Assembly: GCA_019244185.1 (NCBI GenBank) | Contig: JAFATB010000005.1 | Span: forward strand, 64,001-128,000 | From: Acidobacteriota bacterium | GTDB lineage: Bacteria > Acidobacteriota > Thermoanaerobaculia > Gp7-AA8 | Direction: 5' to 3' | DNA: 64,000 nucleotides | In this document: positions 48,367 through 55,728 of the stretch, piece by piece | How positions within the stretch are numbered: the stretch's first letter is position 1 | How the letters are laid out: the number at the start of each line of letters is the position of its first letter | The notes under the pieces: model-generated | Database searches by the model: none | Seen by the model: only the letters and a program-made list of their open reading frames with translations | Told to the model about the DNA's origin: nothing | Translations under genes and position numbers: made by a program

Positions 48367-49146
48367 GTGCGCCCGAAGAAAAAGTGGGGTCAAAACTTTC
48401 TCCGCAATCGCGGCGCCGTGGCGAAGATCGTCGAAGCGGTTGACGCACAGCCGGACGAGGTCGTGCTCGAGATCGGCCCCGGCGAAGGCGTGCTCACCGA
48501 AAAACTGGTCGCGCTGCCGAATCCGCTCGTCGCCATCGAGATCGATCCCGAGCTCGCCGCGCGACTGCGCGCGCGTTTCGGCGAGCGGCTGACGCTGCGC
48601 AACGAGGACGCGGTCGACGCTCCGCTGCCGGAGACGCCGTATCGCGCCGTCGGCAACCTGCCGTACAACGTCGGCACGCCGATCCTCCGCCGCGTCATCG
48701 CCGACCCGCACTGCCGCCGCGCGGTGTTCATGCTGCAGAAGGAAGTCGCGGACCGCGTCGTGGCCAAGCCCGGCAGCGATCCGTACGGCTATCTCACGCT
48801 GTACGTCGCCGCGTTCGCGAGCGCGCGCATCGCCATGACGCTCGATCCGCGCTCGTTCCATCCGCCGCCGAAAGTACGCAGCGCCGTGGTCGTGCTCGAC
48901 CCGCGCGATCCGCAGCTGGCCGCCGAGCGCACGCTCGTACTCGATCTCGTCAGCGCGTCGTTCCGCATGCGCCGGAAGAAGCTGGTCAACAACTTGACCG
49001 GTTGGCGGAACCTCACGCGCGAGGACGTGCTGTCCTTGATGCAGCGCGCTGCCATCGACCTCGACGTCCGCGCGGAGACGATGTCGCTCGCCGACTTCGA
49101 CCGCTTCGCCGTCGCCTACTCCGCGCTCGCGTCGCCCGGCTCGTAG
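48367..49146 (+). CDS. rsmA: 16S rRNA m6,2A1518/1519 dimethyltransferase
   Basis: KKWGQNFL, LEIGPGEG, GNLPYNV, MLQKEVA and FHPPPKVRS motifs. Confidence 0.96.
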   Translation: MRPKKKWGQNFLRNRGAVAKIVEAVDAQPDEVVLEIGPGEGVLTEKLVALPNPLVAIEIDPELAARLRARFGERLTLRNEDAVDAPLPETPYRAVGNLPYNVGTPILRRVIADPHCRRAVFMLQKEVADRVVAKPGSDPYGYLTLYVAAFASARIAMTLDPRSFHPPPKVRSAVVVLDPRDPQLAAERTLVLDLVSASFRMRRKKLVNNLTGWRNLTREDVLSLMQRAAIDLDVRAETMSLADFDRFAVAYSALASPGS

Positions 49147-50174
49147 CGCCACTCCGTCTCATGCTTCGCCCCCTCGGCGAACCGTGGGTCGACGTAGTCC
49201 TCGAACGCGATGTCATGGTCGAGCACTCCGGTCTCGCGCATCAGCCGGACGATCAGCTCGAAGTCTTTGCGCAGCGGCGTGAGCGGCTGGTACTGCACGC
49301 GTTCGAGCGGCTTCGTCAGCGCCCACTTGAGCAGCTTCGGATCCTGGCGATAGTAGAAGCGGCCGACGAAATCGGCGGCGTGCTCGCGGCGCGCGCGGCG
49401 CTTCGGCGGGTTCTCGAGCCACAGTCCCGACCGCGCGATGCCGTCGACGAGCACCTGCACCGCCTCCGGCCTGCGGTCGATGACGTCCTGCCGCACGACG
49501 AGCACGCAAGAGATGAAGTCCGGCCAGTACTGCCGCGCGTGGAAGAGCACGCGCCCGAAGCCAGCCGACTCGGCCTGCGACGGATACGGCTCGCCCATCG
49601 AGAACGCGTCGATTGCGCCGGCCGCGAGCGCGCCGGCGACGTCCGGCGGCGCCATCTCGACAAGCCGCAGGTCGCGCGCGCTCATGCCGTTCGCCGCCAT
49701 CGCGCGGAAGAGGATCAGCCGCTCGTCCGAGTAGCGGCTCGGCACGGCCACAATCCTCCCTTTCAGATCGGCGAACGAATGCACCGGTCCGTTCTTCTGC
49801 ACGACCACGGCGCTTCCGTAGCGGTGTCCGAGGTAGACGATCTTGATCGGAACGCCCTGAGCACGCAGGGCAATCGCCATCGGCGCGACCATGAACGCCG
49901 CCTGCATCTGGTTCGAGATCAGCGCTTCCTTGATCTCAGGGAACCCCTGGAACATCCGCGGAATGAACAGATGCCCCGACTTCGAGTAGGCGGAGATGTA
50001 GTCGGTGACCGGGCACGCGAGGTGTCACGTGACCGGGATGTAGGCGACGTTGAGCTTGCGCTCGCGTTCCGGCAATCGATCGTTGAGCAGCACCTTCCAG
50101 TCGACGTTCATCGACAGGTGCGCGGCAGTGATGAACGCCAGCCATGCGGCAACGGCGACTCCGATCTTTCGCAC
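49116..50174 (-). CDS. NitT/TauT-type ABC transporter substrate-binding protein with an in-frame TGA at codon 50 (putative selenoprotein)
   Basis: AGGAGGAG SD + GTG 50174; N-terminal hydrophobic anchor; ...AYIPVT-TGA-HLACPVTDY... continues in frame into track ORF 49116..49955 (SsuA/NrtA-like; GEPY, ISCVLVV). Confidence 0.8.
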
Positions 50175-50196
50175 GCGACTCCTCCTTTCGTTCGTG

Positions 50197-50973
50197 TCAT
50201 TCGTGAAATGCCCAGCGCACCGCGCGCAGCGTCTCGGCGCGGCGGATCAGCGTGTCGAGAATCAGTCCGAGCAGGCCGATGAGCAGCATGCCGCCGACGA
50301 CGAGGTCGTAGCGCTTGCCGGCGTTGCGCGCGTCGATGATGAGATAGCCGAGCCCCGAGTCGACGGCGATCATCTCCGCCGCCACGAGCACGAGCCACGC
50401 GACGCCGAAGGCGATGCGCAGCCCCACCAGAATGCGCGGCAGGATCGCGGGAAAGAGCACGCGCGTGATGAGCGCCCGCGTCGAGAGCCCGAAGTTGCGC
50501 CCCGCCTGCACGTACATCGGCGGCACGTTGCGCACGCCGTTCATCGTGGCCACGATGATCGGGAACACCGAGGCGAGGAAGATGAGGAAGATCGGCGCGA
50601 GATTGCTGACGCCGAACCAGATCACCGCGAGCGGCATCCACGCCAGCGGCGAGATCGGCCGCAGCATCTGAATGACCGGATTCGCCGCGCGCGCGAGCGA
50701 GCTCCACCACCCCATCGCCAGGCCGACCGGAATCCCGATCGCCACCGCCGCGAGATAGCCGCACGCAACGCGGAACAACGAGTCGCCCATGTACGCCCAC
50801 AGCAGTTTTCGTCGTGCGAGCTCGAGCAGTCCGCGCACGACGTCCATCGGCGAGGGAAAGATCTTCGTTCCGCTGACGACGACGGCGAGCGCCCAGAACG
50901 CGAGCAGCACGAGGCCGAGCACGACCGCACGGATGCGTCCTTCTGCCCTCTGCCTTCTGCCTTCTGCCTTCAT
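50197..50973 (-). CDS. NitT/TauT ABC transporter permease
   Basis: LRPISPLAW, AGRNFG (EAA-like), VAAEMIA and GLGYLI motifs. Confidence 0.93.
   Translation of the reverse strand: MKAEGRRQRAEGRIRAVVLGLVLLAFWALAVVVSGTKIFPSPMDVVRGLLELARRKLLWAYMGDSLFRVACGYLAAVAIGIPVGLAMGWWSSLARAANPVIQMLRPISPLAWMPLAVIWFGVSNLAPIFLIFLASVFPIIVATMNGVRNVPPMYVQAGRNFGLSTRALITRVLFPAILPRILVGLRIAFGVAWLVLVAAEMIAVDSGLGYLIIDARNAGKRYDLVVGGMLLIGLLGLILDTLIRRAETLRAVRWAFHE
50941..50970. repeat. Tandem heptamer (TTCTGCC)x~4 in the permease 5' end
   Basis: ttctgcc-ctctgcc-ttctgcc-ttctgcc-tt; encodes KAEGRRQRAEG. Confidence 0.75.
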
Positions 50974-51704
50974 ATCTGATGCGCCAGCCCGATCTCCCCG
51001 AAGATCTCATCGCGCAACGCGATGTATCGCGGATCGCTGAGATCGCGCGGATGCGCGAGATTCACGTCGACGACGCGCCGCACGCGTCCGGGCCGCGCTG
51101 ACAGCACGACCACGCGGTCCGCGAGCTGCACCGATTCCTCGATGTCGTGCGTCACGAAGAGAATCGTCTTCCGCTCCGCCTGCCAGATCCGAAGCAGTTC
51201 GCGCCGCATCTGCAGGCGCGTGATGGAGTCGAGCGCGCCGAACGGCTCGTCGAGATAGAGCACGTCGGGATCGACCGCGAGCGCGCGCGCCACTTCGAGC
51301 CGCTGCTTCATGCCGCCCGAGAGCTCGCGCGGATACGAACGCTCGAATCCCTGCAGGCCGACGAGCTGCACGTACCGCGCGATGCGCGCGCGCTTCTCGT
51401 CGTCCTTTTGGCGAAAGAGTCCGAAGCCGATGTTCTCTTCGACCGTGAGCCACGGAAAGACGCCGCGCTCCTGAAAGACGAAGATGCGCCGCGGATCAGG
51501 TCCCGTCACCGGCTCGCCGTCGATGGTGACGCGCCCTTCGGTCGGCGTCACGAATCCGCCCACGATGTTGAGCAGCGTCGACTTGCCGCAGCCAGAGGGG
51601 CCGAGGATGCAGACGAACTCGCCTGCGTTGACCGAGAGGTTGATGTCGTCGAGCACGCGCACGCCGCCGAAGCGCATGCCGATCGAGTCGAAGTGAACCT
51701 TCAT
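50970..51704 (-). CDS. NitT/TauT ABC transporter ATP-binding protein
   Basis: GPSGCGKST, LSGGMKQR, LDEPFGALD and FVTHD motifs. Confidence 0.95.
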   Translation of the reverse strand: MKVHFDSIGMRFGGVRVLDDINLSVNAGEFVCILGPSGCGKSTLLNIVGGFVTPTEGRVTIDGEPVTGPDPRRIFVFQERGVFPWLTVEENIGFGLFRQKDDEKRARIARYVQLVGLQGFERSYPRELSGGMKQRLEVARALAVDPDVLYLDEPFGALDSITRLQMRRELLRIWQAERKTILFVTHDIEESVQLADRVVVLSARPGRVRRVVDVNLAHPRDLSDPRYIALRDEIFGEIGLAHQI

Positions 51705-52456
51705 TCCGCGGCGTACCCCCAGCGCACGGATGGCAGCCGTTCGAGCCGGCGCATGAGCAGGTCGAGGCCGATGCCGATGAGACCGATGAGCACCATGCCG
51801 GCGACGACGAGGTCGTAACGGTTGCCGGCATTGCGCGCGTCGACGATGAGAAAGCCGAGACCGGAGTTCACCGCGATCATCTCCGCGGCGACGACGACCA
51901 GCCACGCGATGCCGAGCGTGATGCGCATGGCGACGATGAGCTGCGGAAGGATGCCGGGGACGACGACGCTCCGCACGAGCTCGGCGTGCGAGAGTCCGAA
52001 GTTGCGCCCCGCCGCGAGATGCACGCCTTCGAGGTTGTGCACCGCTTCGACCGTCGCGGTCGTCAGCGGCAGCACCGAGGCGAGGAAGATCAGGAAGATC
52101 GCCGCCGCGTCGCCGACGCCGAACCAGAGGATGCCGATCGGAATCCACGCGAGCGGCGAGATCGGCCGCAGGATCTGCAGGATCGGATTGACCGCGCTGT
52201 CGCCGCGTCGCGAGAGGCCTAACGTGACGCCCGCGGGCACCGCGACGGCGACCGCCGCAAGGTAGCCCCACGTCACGCGGAAGAGCGAGGCCACGACGTA
52301 GCGGACGAGGAGCCCTTTCTCCGCGAGCTCGCCGATCGCGCGCAACGTTTGCCACGGCGTCGGCACGAGCGTGCGCGGCGAGGCCGCGACCGCGAGTTGC
52401 CACGCGGCGACCGCAACAGCGATTCCCAGCAATGGAAGGAGTCGTTTCAGACGCAA
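51701..52456 (-). CDS. NitT/TauT ABC transporter permease (second paralog)
   Basis: LRPISPLAW, AGRNFG and VAAEMIA; clearly paralogous to 50197..50973. Confidence 0.93.
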   Translation of the reverse strand: MRLKRLLPLLGIAVAVAAWQLAVAASPRTLVPTPWQTLRAIGELAEKGLLVRYVVASLFRVTWGYLAAVAVAVPAGVTLGLSRRGDSAVNPILQILRPISPLAWIPIGILWFGVGDAAAIFLIFLASVLPLTTATVEAVHNLEGVHLAAGRNFGLSHAELVRSVVVPGILPQLIVAMRITLGIAWLVVVAAEMIAVNSGLGFLIVDARNAGNRYDLVVAGMVLIGLIGIGLDLLMRRLERLPSVRWGYAAE

Positions 52457-52510
52457 ACTCGGGCGAGAGAGTAGCCGGTTTTGTGACCCCCGTCACGCGC
52501 AGCAAATAAC

Positions 52511-52526
52511 CGGCACCTCGTTTGCT
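52511..52526 (+). promoter_or_regulatory. Putative sigma-54 (-24/-12) promoter of the diguanylate cyclase
   Basis: cGGCACctcgtTTGCt, exact GG-N10-GC spacing, 15 nt before the ATG. Confidence 0.55.
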
Positions 52527-52541
52527 CCGAACGCGCCCTCA

Positions 52542-53498
52542 ATGGCGACCCGCTACGAGACACCCGCACGACGACGGAACGAACTGGAGCCCCCGACTCC
52601 CACGCGCGTTCTCGCCGTTGACGATGACTCCGCTTACCTCCGCCGCCTCGAGGTCGTCCTGACTCGCGCCGGCTTCGACGTCGTGACCGCCTTCGACGGT
52701 CCGACCGCGATCGAGCGCATCCGCGAAGACGGCGACATCGAGATCCTCATCAGCGATCTCACCATGCCCGGCATGGACGGCATCGAGACCGTGCGCCAGG
52801 CACGCACCGCGTGCGCGTTCCCCGGCCTCTACACGATCCTCCTCACCGCGAACGACGGCGCCGACGTGAAGCTCCGCGCGCTCGACAGCGGCCTCGATGA
52901 CTTTCTCACCAAAGCGTCGACCGACTCCGAGATCGTGGCCAAGCTCCGCAGCGCCGCACGACGCCTGGCCATGGAACGCCGCCTCCAGGTCGAAAACGAA
53001 GAACTGCAGACGCTCGCCCTGACCGACGAGCTCACCGGCATCGCCAACCGCCGCGCACTCTTCCGCGCCGCCGAAAGCATCCTAGGCGCCGGCCGCACGA
53101 TGACCGTCGTCCTCTTCGACCTCGACCGCTTCAAGCAGATCAACGACAGCTACGGCCACCTCATGGGCGACCGCATCCTCGCCGACGTCGCCGCCTGCCT
53201 CAAAGCCCACACGCGCGTCGGCGACGTGATCGCCCGCTATGGAGGCGACGAGTTCGTCCTCCTCCTCCCCGACACCCCCACCCCCGAAGCCCGCGCGATC
53301 ACGCAACGGATCCGCGCCAGAATCGCCGCCCTCCGCTGGACCCATTCCGGCAGCGTCATCTCCATCAACCTCGGCACCGGCCTCTCCACGGCCGGCTCCG
53401 CCAGCACCATCGAAACGCTGCTGGCGGAGTCGGACGCAAAGCTGTACGAGGGGAAGGTGGGGAGGCATCAGGAGCTGGATCTTTCGATCCAGCTCTGA
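52542..53498 (+). CDS. Response-regulator diguanylate cyclase (REC-GGDEF)
   Basis: VLAVDDD...ISDLTMP receiver; DELTGIANRR, DLDRFKQIND and RYGGDEF motifs. Confidence 0.95.
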   Translation: MATRYETPARRRNELEPPTPTRVLAVDDDSAYLRRLEVVLTRAGFDVVTAFDGPTAIERIREDGDIEILISDLTMPGMDGIETVRQARTACAFPGLYTILLTANDGADVKLRALDSGLDDFLTKASTDSEIVAKLRSAARRLAMERRLQVENEELQTLALTDELTGIANRRALFRAAESILGAGRTMTVVLFDLDRFKQINDSYGHLMGDRILADVAACLKAHTRVGDVIARYGGDEFVLLLPDTPTPEARAITQRIRARIAALRWTHSGSVISINLGTGLSTAGSASTIETLLAESDAKLYEGKVGRHQELDLSIQL

Positions 53499-53513
53499 TG
53501 CCTTTGGTTCTTA

Positions 53514-54023
53514 CTACAGTTCCACGCCGGTGACCGCCGGTTCGCGGCCTAGCAGCGCAAGGAATACCGCGCCGGACACGTGCTGTCCCATCGCGTTACC
53601 CGTACCGGCAACGATGTAAAGGTCATCGCGGTCCGGATACTTCAGCCAGACCGCCTGAAGCAACTGTTCCGGGACATCGAGGATACGAATGAGCACCTCG
53701 GGCCGGGAGTCTGCTCCATCCACGATCTCCTCGATTTGCAGCGCCATGAAACCAGCTGCGATCTCGACGACCTGCTCGGTGCGCGAGCGTGCAAACGCGG
53801 ACGCGCGCTCGCCGACTCGCACTTGATGATGCCAGCCAGTATGCTCGGCGATCTCTTCGATCCGCGTCGCCTCCGGCGGAACCTCTCCTTTGTACGTCCA
53901 CACGGCAATGGATTGCTCGAGTGCGACCCTGCTCTCGCGCAACACGCCGAACAATGACGTAAAGCGTGCGGCGATGTCGTCGCGCAATGCTTCCGGTACT
54001 TCGTAAGTGTCAGTCAGTGCCAT
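53514..54023 (-). CDS. Hypothetical protein, partner of the papain-like protease
   Basis: GAAGGA SD; 169 aa; GWHHQV...RILDVPEQLLQAVWL; last gene of the ECF-CHAT module. Confidence 0.7.
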   Translation of the reverse strand: MALTDTYEVPEALRDDIAARFTSLFGVLRESRVALEQSIAVWTYKGEVPPEATRIEEIAEHTGWHHQVRVGERASAFARSRTEQVVEIAAGFMALQIEEIVDGADSRPEVLIRILDVPEQLLQAVWLKYPDRDDLYIVAGTGNAMGQHVSGAVFLALLGREPAVTGVEL

Positions 54024-54038
54024 GATGAGTCCTTCCCT

Positions 54039-54587
54039 TCAGTCGACGATCCACGTCTGGACCCACGTGCCGTAATAGCCGGTCGGCAGGTGCGGCCGCG
54101 GTACGGCTCCAGTGGAGTTGTTCTTTGCGCAGTCGAGAATCATTACCTGGTCCGGAGCCGAGACGCCGACGACCAGCGCCATGTGACCGGTCACCCTCCG
54201 GCCGCTCGCGCGGCGGAAGCCGAGGATCAGGAGCTTATTCTCGTCAACGACGTTTGTTTGTATTTCCGCGAAGGACAGCTGCGGCTGCGGAGCGGGCGAG
54301 ACCGTGAGACCTTCGGTGGGGCACACCAGGGTTTCGAAGTCCCGAGAGTCACAGGAAACATTGCACCGGAAGGGTCGGGTGCAACAATCAAGGGACGCAT
54401 CCTGCAGAAACGTCTGCACGATCTCGCACTGGCTTCTCGTGCTTCCACGACTCTTCAGAACCATCTGCACAGTCGCTGCCCAGCACCATTCGTTTTGCTC
54501 TGCGCCGCACCACGTCACGGGAGCGGCATGCAGCCTCGGCGTCGCTGCGAGCGGTTGGGTTAACAGAATCTCATTGTTACGAAACAT
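54039..54587 (-). CDS. Papain-like cysteine protease (C39-like/AvrRpt2-like)
   Basis: EQNEWCWAA (Gln, Cys), GHMALVVGV (His), VMILD (Asp); Cys-rich QCEIV...DCC...C insert; AGGAG SD. Confidence 0.8.
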   Translation of the reverse strand: MFRNNEILLTQPLAATPRLHAAPVTWCGAEQNEWCWAATVQMVLKSRGSTRSQCEIVQTFLQDASLDCCTRPFRCNVSCDSRDFETLVCPTEGLTVSPAPQPQLSFAEIQTNVVDENKLLILGFRRASGRRVTGHMALVVGVSAPDQVMILDCAKNNSTGAVPRPHLPTGYYGTWVQTWIVD

Positions 54588-54599
54588 GCTGAATTCTCC

Positions 54600-55550
54600 T
54601 TATGGCAGCCACAGCGCCGGCGGACAATTGTGTCCACCCGCGGTGCCGTATCGAATGACGGGCGCGGTTCGCACGCCGGCGTCGTACTGTTGCGCGATCA
54701 ATGCGAAAGTCATCTCAGCGGGCGGGTTCTCAATCAGATCGACCTGATTGAGCCGGTGTGAATGCGTCTCCTGCGGTGGATGCGGCAGCCCCACAGGGTC
54801 GGTATGGCCATAGAGATAACGCAGCGGCGCCGGCGGGGGCGTGTGGCACATTGTGTAATACAGTGGAAAATGCCGATCGACCTCGCAGTCCGACATTCCA
54901 TCGAGCTCGTCGTCGAGGATGATTTCCTCCGAGGGCACGTTGCCGATGCGCACCTCGATTGTATTCAGACCTCCGACCGAGCCGATCTTCAGCACGTCGG
55001 TACCGGCGGCGTCTGTCATGCGCAGTGTGATGAATTCTTTGTCTGTCTGAAAGTTTAGGCAAACGTCCTGCGCGATGAACTGATCGAAGGGGCCTTCTTC
55101 AGCGAAGCCCCATTTGAATTTGGGCGCGACCCATGTCGCGGATAGATGGCCCCCAGTGAGCTTCAACCGGCCCGAGACGATTCGAGGGTTGGTCGACGCG
55201 AAGACAGTCTGTGAGAAACGGGCGTGCACGGGGTTGGGGACCGCGGCCGTCATCGGCAGGATGTAGAGTGTGTTCATCGAGAAGCCCGTCTGTGGCATCT
55301 CGTCGATCGACAAGGCCTTGCCGTCGAGATAGAACGCGCTGAGTGTAGCTGGTACTTTTTTTAGCCGTCGATGATTGTCGATTTCGTCCGGCACGCGGGT
55401 CGAGCCGGGCTGCAGCGCCGCCGACTCGGCGAGCACATAAGCCTGATGCGGCTCGGGTGCGTCGCTGAAATTTTTGAGTATTACGGTCGCGCCCGTGTCA
55501 TCAGGTACGAGTGCCGTGATACCTGTGAAAATGATGTGTACATCCTTCAT
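54600..55550 (-). CDS. Hypothetical 316-aa protein downstream of the CHAT protease
   Basis: AAAGGA SD; beta-rich; IIFTGI, HFPLYY and C-terminal GGHNCPP; no recognised family. Confidence 0.75.
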   Translation of the reverse strand: MKDVHIIFTGITALVPDDTGATVILKNFSDAPEPHQAYVLAESAALQPGSTRVPDEIDNHRRLKKVPATLSAFYLDGKALSIDEMPQTGFSMNTLYILPMTAAVPNPVHARFSQTVFASTNPRIVSGRLKLTGGHLSATWVAPKFKWGFAEEGPFDQFIAQDVCLNFQTDKEFITLRMTDAAGTDVLKIGSVGGLNTIEVRIGNVPSEEIILDDELDGMSDCEVDRHFPLYYTMCHTPPPAPLRYLYGHTDPVGLPHPPQETHSHRLNQVDLIENPPAEMTFALIAQQYDAGVRTAPVIRYGTAGGHNCPPALWLP

Positions 55551-55683
55551 AATCGTTCCTTTGTGTGGTGGTGTGGCAGGGACAGCGTGAGCACACGCTC
55601 AGCGCGTCGGTGTAGTACCAGTCATAGATTGTTCGCGAATCGACCCGGACCTGCGCAGCAGCGTTGCCGCTTCCTTGCTGCAC

Positions 55684-55711
55684 AATGGAGGGACGCGGCG
55701 CTCGTTTTCCC
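55684..55711 (-). promoter_or_regulatory. Candidate ECF-sigma promoter for the three downstream genes
   Basis: GGGAAAACGAGCGCCGCGTCCCTCCATT, resembling the motif at 59151-59179. Confidence 0.45.
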
Positions 55712-55728
55712 GATGAAAGTTCGGGAGG

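Noticed and set aside
49936-50145. 69-aa track ORF upstream of the binding-protein ORF
   Set aside because: Wrong frame; the real N-terminus is in frame with 49116..49955 across the TGA
54600-55550. Bacterial gasdermin next to a caspase-like protease
   Set aside because: Lacks the near-N-terminal Cys and the GY-x-x-V/L-x-x-P pattern of bacterial gasdermins; cannot be fully excluded without a structure search
55501-55683. 60-aa minus-strand ORF between the CHAT gene and the 316-aa gene as a precursor peptide
   Set aside because: No SD, overlaps the downstream start out of frame, and begins immediately at the candidate promoter; no supporting motif
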